Positions 12,150-25,212 of a stretch of 64,000 nt of DNA are shown here, one piece after another. The DNA is taken from NCBI GenBank assembly GCA_951406725.2, contig OX597824.1, positions 22,382,001 to 22,446,000 of the forward strand. The letters run 5' to 3'. The notes under the pieces were generated by a model. The model was not told where the DNA came from. It was given only the letters and a program-made list of their open reading frames with translations, and ran no database searches. The translations under genes were made by a program, and so were the position numbers. Source of the DNA: Octopus vulgaris (Eukaryota). Positions within the stretch are counted from its first letter, which is position 1, and each line of letters starts with the position of its first letter.

Positions 12150-13634
12150 TACACAGATGATACATAGATGGCTATTTTAATTTAATATTGACTCATTCGC
12201 ATTATATTGGATATATATCTACATATATATATATGTATGTATGTATGTATATATATGTATATAAAAATATATAATACACACACATACACATACACACATA
12301 TAGATATGTGTGTATACACACATGTATATATACATTTACATATACATACATATGTGTATGTGTGTGCATGTGTATGTGTATATATTTTTATGTTCATGTA
12401 CTATTACCACTTTTTAAGGGGCTATCAAGCCCATCTTTAATATGTACATCTTCATTGAATTACAATTCACATAATCCCCAATTGTCATCAGGCGTCTTAC
12501 GCCTGATTATGAATATAATACCAGACTGGATTCCAACCAGAAACTTTTATTGCTCAACTAAGGGCTAGTAATGCTCCTATCCACTATAACACTGATGAAT
12601 TCTTTCTTTTTTTTTTTTACTAGTTTCAGACATTACTTTGCAGCTGTCCCAGGAATTTTAGTCGAATGAATTGACACTAATATTTCTTTTTGTTTTTTAA
12701 AGCTTAGCACTTATTCTGTTGGTTTCTTTTGCAGAACTGTTAAATTATGGGGATGTGAACAAACTAACACTGGTTGTCGAGTGGTAGTGGGGAACAAACA
12801 CACACACACACACACACACAAACACACGCACACACACACATGTATATAGACAATGGGCAAACACACCAGCATTGGTTGTCAAACAATGTAGGGTGGACAA
12901 ACACAGACACGCAAACACATACACACACCTACATATACATATATATATATACGATGGGCTTCTTTCAGTTTCCGTCTACCAAATCCACTCACAAGGCTTT
13001 GGTCGGCCTGAGGCTATAGTAAAAAGACACTTGCCCAAGGTGCCCTGCAGTGGGACTGAATCCGGAACCATGTGGTTCACAAGCAAGCTACTTACCACAC
13101 AGCCACTCCTATGCCTATACTGGTTTATTGTGGAAATATGTGTGGCTCAGTGGTTAGTGTATTCAACTCAGTTTGAGTCATGGCAGTGCATTGAGTCCTT
13201 AAGCAAGACACTTTATTTCATATTGCTCCAGTCCATTCAGCTGGTAAAAATGAGTACCTGTAATTCAAAGGTCCAGCCTTGTTACATTCTGTGTCATGGT
13301 GAATCTTTGTGAGAACTACATTAAGGGTACAGGTGTCTGTGGAGCGCTCATCCACTTACACAATAATTTCCCAAGCAGGCTGTTCCATGGATCAGGTCAA
13401 CTGGAACCCTTGTCATCATAACCTATGGAGCATCAATAGTCTATTGCAGGATTCAAAGCCAGCAACACATAAACTCCAGTACTTGAATGGTACGTGATCT
13501 GAATGACCCTGAAAAAATGATAGGCAAAGTTGATTTCAGTGGTATTTGAACTCAGAACGAAAGCAGCCAGAAGAAGTGCCACTAAGCATTTTGTCCAATG
13601 TGTTATCAATTCTTCCAGCTTACCTCTTTCCATC

Positions 13635-14052
13635 TGAGGAATTACAACTGTGTTTCGTGGTCTGCTACCACAACAGCTCCTTTATAGGATCCAGTTAGCT
13701 CAAGACATCATCAGGAGGAACCACGTCCGGTTTCGGCCCCTACTCCTCTACCGTTTTGACGTGGCACCCCCTTTTGGAGGTGTCTGCAGTTCTGGTGATG
13801 GGTGCAGGTTTTCTGTCTTCTTCTTTCTTCTGTTCCCTGGCCTCTTCGATGTATCGTCAGTGACTGACTGACTTGTCAAATTTTTCCCTTTAAATACCTG
13901 CCGCTAGGCTCCAGCAGGTAACCCCAGCAAGTTGTCACGTGACACTGTCTCACCTTAACTGACAAGTGAAAGTGCATAGTCTTAATCCACGCATTCTCTA
14001 AACGACCGTCACCTGTCAGTCAGCGAAGCTGATTCAGTGTCAGCTTGTCTCA
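13635..14052 (-). mobile_element. ~420-bp LTR-like element, copy 2
   Basis: TGAG...CTCA termini (TG..CA, 4-bp inverted); homologous to 3567-3993. No TSD found. Confidence 0.65.
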
Positions 14053-14813
14053 CCTAGTGATGTTATTTCCCGCCGGCATGTTATGATTTTCAAGCCATTT
14101 TTGGTCTTCCTGCTTCAGCCATATATAGAAGCTGGTTTTTTCAACCGCCTCCTGTATTCTCATTATTATACATGCTGCATATTCTCTGAACTTTCTCCTA
14201 CAATTCCTTTGTTTGGTTCAAAGAAACCCCCAAACTCATGTTAAATGAATCAGTGATAAATAAATAATAGAATGTATAGGAAACAGAGAGTTTCATTCCA
14301 AGACACTCAATAGTACCAATCATCATGGATGGTCACCAGGAGTGTGTTTTTATGATTCACACAGAACCTTTGACTGGCCAGGACTGATGACCCATGGTGT
14401 CACAGATCAATTTGTGATAAGGTTAATACAGTTCACAATTAACATAACATGTTTTCCTGGATCAGTGATAAATGAATCATTGATAAACGAAGATGCATGT
14501 GCCAGTATTCTGAATCATGCTTCTCCTCAAAGGATGGTCGTTGGTTGTTGCTTTCATCTTTACAGTATAAACTGGAATGATGTATATAGCTTATGTAGTC
14601 TACAAGTACTTGGGATATTATCTTGGTGCTATCAAAGTATGGAATCTTATCGTATACCTATCTGAACCGAATTACAGATTTCAGTGTTGCATTTTCTAAA
14701 GTTAAGTTTTTATCTTTGATGAGATTAATATTTCTAAGAATAAGATTAATAGTCTAAGAAAATCATATTCATATTCATAATGAGTCATCTTAGACGTTTA
14801 GATATACATACAT

Positions 14814-14864
<51 letters not shown>

Positions 14865-14889
14865 TACACACATACACATAAACATACAT

Positions 14890-14924
<35 letters not shown>

Positions 14925-15019
14925 TACATACATACATATAACAAATATTAGTGATGGAAGTGGTTTTAATACAGGATAGTAATCTTTATATTTCACATAC
15001 ATACATACATATACATACT

Positions 15020-15061
<42 letters not shown>

Positions 15062-15475
15062 GAGAGAGAGAGTGAGAGAAAGACAATTATATAGAAACAC
15101 ATATACACAAATATATATATACATATACACATATACACACATATATACATACATATATATATCGATTATATTAATACAACTATATATTAATCATATTTAT
15201 CAATTATATATTCATATATTAGTTAATATAATAATATAATAATTTCTTACTAAATCACAAAGTCCAAAATCTACATAAGGAAAGAGGAAAGGAAATAGTT
15301 ATGTGGTTATGAGATATTAATGCCTTATCAAAGAAAACATATTGCGATGTGAAAATACAATTTTACTTTAATTTTACGTTATTTATTTTATTTGATTTGA
15401 TTAAAAAACACGTCAGATTTGCATAATTTGTAATTATAAATAAATTAAGTTCCTGCTAATTTTGAACAATTTCCA

Positions 15476-15506
<31 letters not shown>

Positions 15507-15768
15507 TTAGCAAGTGTATTCATTTTATTGTAAGATAACATTTTAGAAATACTTTGAAATACTTTTATCAGAAGTGCAGGCATGGATGTGTGGTTAAGAA
15601 TAATGCTTTGGAACCATATGGTTTTGGGTTCAGTCCCACTGTGTGGTACCTTGGACAAGTGTTTTCTATTGTAGTGCTGATATGACCCAAGATCTTTGAA
15701 TGGATTTGGTAGTTGAAAACAGCATGACAGTCCATTGTAATAATATATATACATATATATATATATAT

Positions 15769-15976
15769 ATCACCTTGATCACCATGACCGACCAGTCCGT
15801 TGGGCGTCCATTTAACACTGCTGGTCACAGCATGCTGTCCACTCCTCTCTGGATCACGCCTTTCCCATCCATGTGATCCCAATCGTCCTCCTGAAATCGT
15901 AACTCCACCGTCGTGGAGGCCTTCCGGGTGGTCTTTTCCACTCACGCGGGTACCACTTGACAACTGCACTGGTACA
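15769..15976 (-). mobile_element. RTE-clade LINE 3' fragment
   Basis: Minus translation CTSAVVKWYPREWKRPPGRPPRRWSYDFRRTIGITWMGKA*SREEWTACCDQQC*, the typical RTE ORF2 C-terminus (W.PR..KRP.GRP..RW). Short-repeat tail GGTGATCAAGGTGAT. Confidence 0.85.
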
Positions 15977-15979
15977 CGT

Positions 15980-16017
<38 letters not shown>

Positions 16018-16019
<2 letters not shown>

Positions 16020-16311
16020 CACGTGATCACGTGACCGACCAGTCCGTCAGATGTAGTTACACATCGCTGGTCGCAATGTGTTCGCATTGTTTTAGCCTTC
16101 AAATGACGCCAACCCACTGGCTAAGGGAGCAGGCCAACAGACAAAAGAGTGAGAGAAAGAGTGGTGAAAGAGTACAGCAGGGATCACCACCCCCTGCCGG
16201 AGCGTTGTGGAGCTCTTAGGTGTTTTCGCTCAATAAACACCCGGTCTGGGAATTGAAACCGCGATCCTATGACTGCGAGTCCGCTGCCCTAACTGCTGGG
16301 CCATTGCGCCT
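16018..16311 (-). mobile_element. SINE family D variant (tRNA head) with RTE-derived 3' tail
   Basis: Head GGCGCAATGGCCCAGCAGTTAGGGCAGCGGACTCGC...GGTTTCAATTCCC. Tail ACGGACTGGTCGGTCACGTGATCACGTGAT matches the adjacent RTE end. Confidence 0.8.
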
Positions 16312-16329
16312 GCATATATATATATAAAG

Positions 16330-16668
16330 ATTAGAGACCTCCTTTGATCATGGATGACCATGGAATTGCACCTAGAAAGTTACCCTCTGAAGCACAAGTC
16401 TGGGTAAGGTTGTTTATAGAAGACCAGAAATCACCCGTGCACACCAGCTTCCCCTCTCCATGCCACCAATGTTATCCAAAGGAAAAGCAAAGGCTGATAC
16501 AACTTGGCACCAGTGATATCACAACTCATTTCTACAGCTGAGTGAATCGGAGCAACATGAAATGAAGTGTCTTGCTCAAGAACACAACACGAAGCCCAGT
16601 CTGGGAATCAGACTCACTATGTCATGACTGTAAGCCTGATGCTCTAACCACTGAGCCATGTGCCTTCA
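16330..16668 (-). mobile_element. SINE family E (older CORE-type tRNA SINE)
   Basis: Minus strand GGCACATGGCTCAGTGGTTAGAGC head, then TGTGTTCTTGAGCAAGACACTT...CAGCTGTAGAAATGAG CORE-like domain. Confidence 0.7.
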
Positions 16669-16674
16669 CTTTAA

Positions 16675-16787
<113 letters not shown>

Positions 16788-16850
16788 TTATTCAGGCAGT
16801 TAGTTTTACATGTGGATCTGGCTGTGTGTATATTTGAAATCTAAAGGCTG

Positions 16851-16919
16851 TCCCACTGATGAAACTGGCCTTCAGCGAATACTTTTTTGCTGGAAATAGC
16901 TAGAAACCATGGTCTCGGA
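16851..16919 (+). ncRNA. Minimal type I hammerhead ribozyme motif in a (TA)n-flanked element (16785-17050)
   Basis: TCCCA-CTGATGA-[stem II including TTCAGC/GCTGGA]-GAAAC-CATG-GTC-TCGGA. Stem III loop is palindromic; stem I pairs 4/5. Confidence 0.6.
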
Positions 16920-18719
16920 AATAATTGAGATGGTAAACGTTTTTAATTTTCATTCCTTTCGAGAATTTATCCTTATTTGATGGTTTGAGTTTTCTACTGC
17001 TCTTTCTAGCACAAGGCTTTCCTATTTGGAAGCCTCTTATTGTATTTCTATACATATATATATGTATGTATATATAAGTGTATATTTATACATATATATA
17101 TATATGTATAAATAAGTGTATATTTATACATACATACATATAAGTATATATAAGTGTATATTTATACATACATACATACATATATATATATATATATGAG
17201 GCCCTTCTATCAGTTTCTACCTACCAAATCCACTCACAAGGCTTTGGTTGGCTTGAAGCTATAATAGAAGATACTTGCCCAAGGTGCCACTTGGTGGGAC
17301 TGAACCCAGAACCATGTGGTTCGGAAGCTAGCTTCCTACTACACAGCCCCACGTTAAACCTGCCATATCTGGCCAAAATATTCTGTTTTATGTTTAGATG
17401 TGCCAGATCAGACTTTTCCTACCAACCCTGCAATGTCATTCTAAAATACATAATGGCAACATTGAAATCTTGACGCCAAGAGATAATGCAGGATTAATTC
17501 AAAACCATGTGAATAAATAAGGATTACGTTTAACAGAGTAATCTGAATGCTAAAGGGTTAAAAAATCTGAAGAAAACATGGTTAAATGAAGCAATGTTTA
17601 TGCATTGATGTAAAAATGCCAGTGTAGAATCTTTGGTAATGTTATTTTTCCAGTTGCTTCCATCTTCATTGATCCTTCCTCTTTGAGATGAAAAGACACA
17701 GAAATGTTATTAAGCACTTTTTTTTTTTTTTGTTTTTTACTATTGAATGCAGTGAATTTGGATGGAATATTTATTGGCGTCAGCAAAATTTCTTATTTCA
17801 TAGAGACAATCTTTTTTACATTAGTACATTACAAGAAGGAAATTGGATTTAATAGATGAAAATGCTTAACATTTAAGTAATTTAATATACAAAACTGTTG
17901 GAATTATGAATAATTTTGGAAACAATGATAGATACTTCATTTATGAGTGCAAGTGTGGCTGTGTGGTTAAGGTTAAGAAAAATTACTTTACAAATCAATA
18001 GGATTTTTGGCTTCAATCTCACTGAGAAATCTTAAGCAAATGTCTTATTTGTTGTTAGATAAATTCTTTTTGTTTGTTTCCATCATTAATTGAAATAATA
18101 AGAAAAATATTTTTTGAGGTTTTTTTTTTGTAACTCTGCTCTTCTCTAGAACTTATGTTTTTTTTGTTTTTGGAATTTGAAGAAATTTTACCTGTTTTCA
18201 GAGATATGTGATTGAATTCTAAGGAGAAAAAAAAAATGAATATTTTCAACACCTGCTTCTCTTTGCCTTCAACCAAAGTTCCAAAACTTCAAAAGCTGTC
18301 AAAGCCATTCAACATATTTGTGCTTTTAATGAAAGAGCTACATAGAAAAGGCTTCCATACTTCAAGGAGAGGAAATTCAACCTCTCAGATCCTTTCTGCA
18401 TTCTGGTTGAACTCTTCAGTTCAATGAAGCTCAATTGAATATATTCATTGTGGGATGACGTCAGCAGCTGGGGAGCTGACCGGAACTTGGGGCTGACCGG
18501 AAGAGGAAGGGGCAGGAGTGACACGTGCACAGGCAGGGGAGCATTGGGCCTTTGCGATCGGGGTAGCAGACAGAGCTGAACATGTGAATGCTTTGTCAAG
18601 GTAGGGGAAAAGTAGCTGCTATTTCTAGCATTCGGGTCAAGCCACGTGGAGGGGTGCATTACCGCTGGGGAGGTCTATGTCGACAAAGAGAAGGTAGGTG
18701 CCTCTATTTCAAACCTGCA

Positions 18720-19095
18720 TATACCACACACATCAATGAGGATCCATGTCAGTCTATTGAGGAATTGACCTGGCAGATGGAATGCTGTCATGATACTGTC
18801 ACCTGTCACCTGACACATTCACTTGATCAGTAAGGTCCAAAATCTTGGTGCATGGTTGCCACACATTGCAGATGAAAGAGACAAGTTCCTGTGCTTCTCT
18901 CTTGTCACTAGTTTGCTTGTTCTCTATCAAACTACTTGTGAACTCAATGATTTTTTACTGTATTTTCATCAGTGGTGAAAAATGATGTTCTTACATGAAT
19001 CTGAAGCAGCGGAATGTATGGAGGAGCAAATCAAGCAAGCAATGCTTTGAGCTGAGTCAGAGCCTCAGCCATACAAGACAATGAGCTATAAAGGA
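18720..19095 (+). pseudogene. Mariner transposase remnant (N-terminal/central)
   Basis: INEDPCQSIEELTWQMECCHDTV..., KVQNLGAWLPH (WVPHEL-like) and SGEK*CSYMNLKQR (TGDEKW-like). Confidence 0.75.
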
Positions 19096-19106
19096 TCTCA
19101 CTAAGA

Positions 19107-19390
19107 TCATCATCATCATCATCATCGTTTAACGTCCGTTCTCCATGCTAGCATGGGTTGGACGGTTCGACCGGGGATCTGGGAAGCCAGAAAGCTGCAC
19201 CAGGCTCCAGTCTTATCTGGCAATGTTTCTACAGCTGGATGCTCTTCCTAACGCCAACCACTCCGTGAGTGTAGTGGGTGCTTTTTACGTGCCACCTGCA
19301 CAGGTGCCAGGTGAGGCTGGCAACGGCCACGGTCGGATTGGTGCATTTTACGTGCCACCGGCACAGAAGCCAGTCGAGGTGGCGCTGGCA
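19107..19390 (-). mobile_element. SINE-like family C with 13-bp TSD
   Basis: Flanked by ATCTCACTAAGAT on both sides; (CAT)n tail on the plus strand. Confidence 0.85.
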
Positions 19391-20658
19391 TCTCACTAAG
19401 ATATATAGCAAAAAAAAGAAGAAATTATAAATACTTTACAAGTGCATGAATGGCTGTTTATCTAAGAAGCTCATTTTGTGAATCAAGTGGTTTTGGGTTC
19501 TATCCCATGGCCCACCACCTTGAGCAAGCATTTTCTACTTACAGCATTAGGTTGATCAATGCCCTGTGAGTGAACTTGTAGAAGGAGACTGTGCAAAAAC
19601 CCGTCAAATGTGTGTGCATGTGCCTTTGTGTTTGTACCCATCAATGCTTGACAACTGATGTTGGTTTGTTTACATCCCCATGACTTAGCAATTCAGCAAA
19701 AGCGACCAATAGAATAAGCCCCGGACTTAAAAACAAATTTTGGGGCCAATTTATTCAACCAGACCCTTCAAGACATTGCCCCAGCATGGGTGCAGCCCAA
19801 TGACTGAAACAAGAAAAAGATAAAAAAAACAAAGGATGATAGTAATGTTGTTTCTCTATTTTACGCTTTATTTAAAAATTTTTTTTTGGAAAACTAAATT
19901 AGTTCAAATTCAATGTTTTGATGATTAATTCATACAACAAGATATAATATTAGAAGTGGGATGGTTGGGTCTGTTCATCATAATTCAGTCAATATTTTCT
20001 GCACAATATTAACAATATTACAATATATCATCGATATGGAATATATAATTATGTATCCTAAACAGAGTTGATTCATCCTGATTCTTATGATATTACATGA
20101 AAGAGCAATAAAACATTAGTCAGTGGCTGGAATCTTCTTGTTTTCCTCTGTTGTCATAATTAACACCAAAACACTGATGAATCATAATATCAATGAAAGG
20201 TTGAAGAATAACATTGATTAAAAGTAAAATGATATACTGCTTATACACAAGAATACATATACAAAAACTTTTGGCCTATACTCACTTTTACTCTCTTTTA
20301 CTTGTTTCAGTCATTTGACTGCGGCCATGCTGGAGCACCGCCTTTAGTCGAGCAAATCGACCCCCGGAACTTATTCTTTGTAAGCCCAGTACTTATTCTT
20401 TCGGTCTCTTTTGCCGAACCGCTAAGTGACGGGGACGTAAACACACCAGCATCGGTTGTCTGGCAATGCTAGGGGGACAAACACACACACACATACATAT
20501 ATATATATACATATATACGACAGGCTTCTTTCAGTTTCCGTCTACCAAATCCACTCACAAGGCATTGGTCGGCCCGGGGCTATAGCAGAAGACACTTGCC
20601 CAAGATGTCACACAGTGGGACAGAACCCGGAACCAGGTGGTTGGTTAGCAAGCTACTT

Positions 20659-22638
20659 TATTTCATATATAATTTGCCACTAAGGCAGTACACAGAGTAG
20701 CTGCGGGCTGGACAAAAAACATAAATGAATGATGGTGATGGACAAGGATGGTGATGAGAGAAGACGAAAGCGCCCGCCGACTTCCGCTTCTCTAAGACAT
20801 TGTTCTTTTTTTTCAAAGATTTTACAAAAAATTCCAAAATTTTACATATGTTATAAGAGGCAATAAATCTCTTTCTCAATACAAAAATGTTCAATAGGTT
20901 TACGTTACCTGGCCGACCAGCCCTCTTGCTTCACCAAGGCAATCGTTCTTCGTCAGGCCTTTATATACAGGTATAAATTGAAATGAGTCCTCCGGGAAGG
21001 AATTCGCGATTCTGCACAGATCGTTATCGAGTATGACCTCCGCAGCCAGCTGCGAAGGCCACCCGGGGTCCTCTGTGCAGGACCGAAGTCCCTTCCATTG
21101 GCCTCTCTTTCTCATTTTACGTATTTAATTTTCTAATGTTCCTCCTTTGTAGAAGAGGACTACATATTGTTTCTCCGGCGGCACACCCGCCGAGGAGACT
21201 TGGGAGACGCCGTCTGCGTGTTACAATCTGCTGGCGGCGTCCCGTTTCTCTTTTTCTTTTTCTTTTTACCTTGGGCCTCAGGAGGTTGAGGTTCCGGTGT
21301 TGTACACACCGGGTCCTCTTTTTCTCCCGCAGCCTCCGGTTCTTTTGGTGGGTCACCATTGCTCCCCACTTTTCTTTTTCTTGTGGAGGAAGTCACCGCA
21401 TCCTCTTTTTGTTTCTCTCCCTCCATTGGGGGTGCAGGGAGAGGCTCCAACATCAACTGCTCCAGGATCCTACTTTGGTTCTTGGGGCAGTTCTTCTTAA
21501 TATGGCCGGTCTCCAGGCACAGGTGACACTTGGGGGGGCGTCCCTCAAGCATCACCGGATACCTGTACCCGGCCATCCTCAAAAAGTCCGGTAAAACCAG
21601 ACTTTTGGCTGACTGGGTCCATAGGGTCAAAACAGCTTTTGACCCCTCCCAATCAGCCACAGACTGCACTTTTACGCTCAGTAGCTTGGAACTGCTACCA
21701 TCCAAGCCCCAGCAGATAGAGTCCTCTATCCACTCGGGCTCAACGCCTGGTGGTAAGCCGCAGATCCAAGCTCTCAACAGTTTTTCTCCCATATAATTGG
21801 GGAGAAACAATATCTCTTCGCCCTCGATAGGCTGGCTTGCAAATTCGCAAGCTGCTTTAGGGGAGTCAAATAGCAACCAAACCATTGCGTATTTAACTCC
21901 CCGAGTGATATATTTAACGGCTGGCATGTAGTCTGCCAGCTCGTTTAAAATAGTAGCCTTTGGGAAGACTGCTATGGTGTCGAGCGACTTCGAGTATGTC
22001 CTCAACACCACAGTCTTCCTTTCCAGCTCTTTTAAATATTTTTTGGGAGGTGTTAGGTCCCACACAATAAATTCCTTTGCCATTGCGAAACGGAATCCAA
22101 TAAAAGTTCAAAAGTGTAAGAAAATGAATAAGATAGAAAGAGGGAGAAGAGAAAACACAACAGAAGAGAAGAATTACAATAAAATAACAGTTCAAAAGAG
22201 TTCTTTTTAAAAATAACGATAGCTTGAAGAAGAGTTCAAATTCAGCAAAGGAATTAATTATTTTGGCCGAAAAGGTACTCCTGGCCAAACGTTCAACAGT
22301 CTTTGGTGCTTCCTGGTAAATCCCAATGAAAACAGTCCTTGGTTATCGTTGGTAATCTCCTCGAAAGCAAATAATTTTTGAGGAGGGGCTACGCCTCCTC
22401 AAAAAACACAATTCTCACTGCAAAGTGAGTCTTTACACTCGACCACAGGCAGGAAAATGTCCGGAGCAAAGTGGAGTCTATTACTTGCTAAAAAATATTA
22501 AATGCAAAGCAATAAACTTCACTAAGCCCCCAAAAAAACATCAAACACCTACCTGTAGTCGAGTCTCAAAAGTTCAATATTTCACGTAAAAACACGTGAC
22601 AACTGGAGCAGCCAAAAAACACGTCCGAACAAGTCGAA
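20659..22638 (-). mobile_element. Complete ORF1-only non-LTR retroelement (HAL1-like, L1/Tx1-type)
   Basis: 16-bp TSD GGTTAGCAAGCTACTT (20643-20658 and 22639-22654). 5' end TTCGACTTGTTCGGACGTG...GCTGCTCC, ~555-nt 5'UTR, gag-like ORF, 3' end ...GAAATA. No endonuclease or RT sequence recognisable. Confidence 0.85.
21160..22083 (-). CDS. ORF1/gag-like nucleic-acid-binding protein, 307 aa, with CCHC zinc knuckle
   Basis: CHLCLETGHIKKNC = CX2CX4HX4C preceded by EGRPPK, followed by a basic/proline-rich tail. A probable frameshifted C-terminal extension (EKQYVVLFYKGGTLEN*IRKMRKRGQW...) runs to 20900. Confidence 0.8.
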   Translation of the reverse strand: MAKEFIVWDLTPPKKYLKELERKTVVLRTYSKSLDTIAVFPKATILNELADYMPAVKYITRGVKYAMVWLLFDSPKAACEFASQPIEGEEILFLPNYMGEKLLRAWICGLPPGVEPEWIEDSICWGLDGSSSKLLSVKVQSVADWEGSKAVLTLWTQSAKSLVLPDFLRMAGYRYPVMLEGRPPKCHLCLETGHIKKNCPKNQSRILEQLMLEPLPAPPMEGEKQKEDAVTSSTRKRKVGSNGDPPKEPEAAGEKEDPVCTTPEPQPPEAQGKKKKKKRNGTPPADCNTQTASPKSPRRVCRRRNNM

Positions 22639-22717
22639 GGTTAGCAAGCTACTTACCACACAGCCACTCCTGCGCCTATGTAGAAGTTTTGATGGCATCC
22701 ATATGAATATCTGAACA

Positions 22718-23180
22718 GGCATAGGAGTGGCTGTGTGGTAAGTAGCTTGCTTACCAACCACATGGCTCCGGGTTCAGTCCAAGTGCGTGGCACCTTGGGC
22801 AAGTGTCTTCTACTATAGCCTCGGGCAGACCAAAGCCTTGTGAGTGGATTTGGTAGACGGAAACTGAAAGAAGCCCGTCGCATATATATGTATATACATG
22901 TGTGTGTGTGTGTATGTGTGTGTGTAAGTGTGTGTGTGTGTGTGTATGCGTGTGTATGTTTGTGTGTCTGTATTTGTCCCCCCCAACAATGCTTGACAAC
23001 CAATGCTGGTGTGTTCAGGCCCCTCACCCCCATAACCTAGCAGTTCGACAAAAAGGGACCAATAGAATAAGTACTAGGCTTACAAAGATTAAGTCCTGGG
23101 GTCGATTTGCTCGACTAAAGGCAGTGCTCCAGCATGGCCTCAGTCAAATGACTGAAACAAGAGTAAAGAATAAAGAGAGT
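22718..23180 (+). mobile_element. SINE family A
   Basis: Full-length; head-to-head with the split copy, about 40 bp away. Confidence 0.9.
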
Positions 23181-23479
23181 CAGAGATTTCATTTTCAAAC
23201 CGTTGTAGTGCTAAACGATTTTTGGTATCAAAGTAGCACAAAATGGTGACCTGGCAGAGTTGTTAACCCATTGGGCAAAACGATTGGTGACATTTTATTT
23301 GTCTTTATGTTCAGAGTTCAAATTTTACTGAGGTTGGCTTTGCCTTTCAGCTATTTGGGAGGTTAATAAAATAAGTACCAATTGAGTACCGAGGTTGATG
23401 TAATCGACTTGCTTCCTCCCTTGGAATTGCTGGCCTTGTACCAAAATTTGAAACCAATTTTAAAACTACACAAGGCATA

Positions 23480-23860
23480 GGCACAGGAGTGGCTGTGTGG
23501 CAAGTAGTTTGCTTACCAACCACATGGTTCCGGGTTCAGTCCCACTGTGTGACACCTTGGGCAAGTGTCTTCTATTATAGCCTTGGGCCGACCAAAGCCT
23601 TGCAAGTGGATTTGGTAGACGGAAACTGAAAGAAGCCCGTCGTATATATGTATATGTGTATGTATATGTTTGTCCTCCCAGCTACGCTTGACAACCGATG
23701 CTGGTGTGTTTACGTCTTCATCACTTAGCGGTTCGGCAAGAGAGACCGATAGAATAAGTACTAAGCTTACAAAGAATAAGGGCCGGGATCGATCTACTCG
23801 ACTAAAAGCGGTGCTCCAGCATGGCCGCAGTCAAATGACTGAAACAAATAAAAGAATAAA
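23480..23860 (+). mobile_element. SINE family A
   Basis: Full-length family A match. Confidence 0.9.
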
Positions 23861-25167
23861 GGCAGTGAATAGGCAGAATGGTTAAAATGCCAGGCAAAAT
23901 GCCTAGCAGAATTTTGTTCATGTTTACATTCTGCCAAGGTCAACTTTGGCTTTCATCTTTTCGGGGTTCATAAAATAAGTGCCAGTAGGGCACTGGGATC
24001 AATGTAATCGACTTACTCCCTCTCCTAAAATTGCTGGCCTTGTGCAGAAATTTGAAACTAATATCATTATTGTTATAAAGATGCCGAATGTAGCTAATGC
24101 CAGCACTGCCTTGACTGGCTTCTGTGCCGGTGGCATGTAAAAAGCACCAACCGATTGTGACCGCAGCCAGCCTCCCCTGGCACCTGTGCCAGTGGCACAT
24201 AAAAAGCACCCACTACACTCACGGAGTGGTTGGCGTTAGGAAGGGCATCCAGCTGTAGAAATACTGCCAGATCAGATTGGAGCCTGGAACCGTCCAACCC
24301 AAGCTAGCATGGAAAACGGATGTTAAACGATGATGATGATGATGGTGGTGGTGGTGGTGAGATGGTGGAATTGTTAGCATGGCAGGCAAAGTACTTAGCA
24401 GCATTTTATTAGTCTTTACATCCTGAGTTCATATTCCACCATGGTCAATTTTGCTTTTCATCCTTTTGGGGACCAATGAAATAAGTACCAGTCACGTACT
24501 GGGGTTGATATAATCAGCTAACTCCCTTACCCTTGTGCCTATTGTAGAAAGGGCAATTAAAACCACACAATGCGGTAGGTGCAGGAGTGGCTGTGTGGTA
24601 AGTAGCTTGCTTACCAACCACATGGTTCCGAGTTCAGTCCCACTGCATGACACCTTGGGCAAGTGTCTTCTACTATAGCCTCGGGCCAACCAAAGCCTTG
24701 TGAGAGGATTTGGCAGACGGAAACTGAAAGAAGCCCATCGTATATATGTATATGTATATATGTGTGTGTATGTGTTTGTGTGTCTGTGCTTGGAGCCTGG
24801 TGCAGCTGCTGGCTCTCCAGACCTCAGTCAAACCGTTCAACCCATGCCAGCATGGAAAATGGACGTTAAACGATGATGATGATGATGATATATATATATA
24901 TATAAAATAAGTGTATGTGAGTGTGTGACAGGCCTCAACAGACTTTCTATTTACCAAATCCACTGATAAGGCATTGGTTGTCTGGGTTAATAGCAGAACA
25001 TATTTGCCCAAGGTACTGCACAATGGAATCAAACCCAAAACAACAAGATTGCAAGGCAACCTTCTTAACTGCACTTCCATACCTGGATCTCTTGATAAAC
25101 TTTTTGGCAAAATGTTTAAGTTTTTTCCAGTGCATAATTGAAAGGTTGTTATAACATGTTAACAAAA

Positions 25168-25212
<45 letters not shown>

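Larger units (their letters stand above)
20279..22677 (-). mobile_element. SINE family A split by a 2-kb insertion (SINE parts 20279-20658 and 22639-22677)
   Basis: The SINE head resumes exactly after the duplicated GGTTAGCAAGCTACTT. Confidence 0.9.

Noticed and set aside
12480-12600. CTGATGA motifs and AGGCGT/ACGCCT hairpin as a hammerhead
   Set aside because: I could not form stems I-III with a correctly placed GAAA; the same applies at 14384 and 20174.
18192-18218. 27-nt minus-strand micro-exon with plausible splice sites
   Set aside because: The donor side (18130-18203) is homologous to 40634-40706, suggesting an old repeat; no independent support.
22653-23249. Recurrent ORFs such as RLPNPLTRLWSARGYSRRHLPKVP
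   Set aside because: Chance frames through SINE A copies, not genes.
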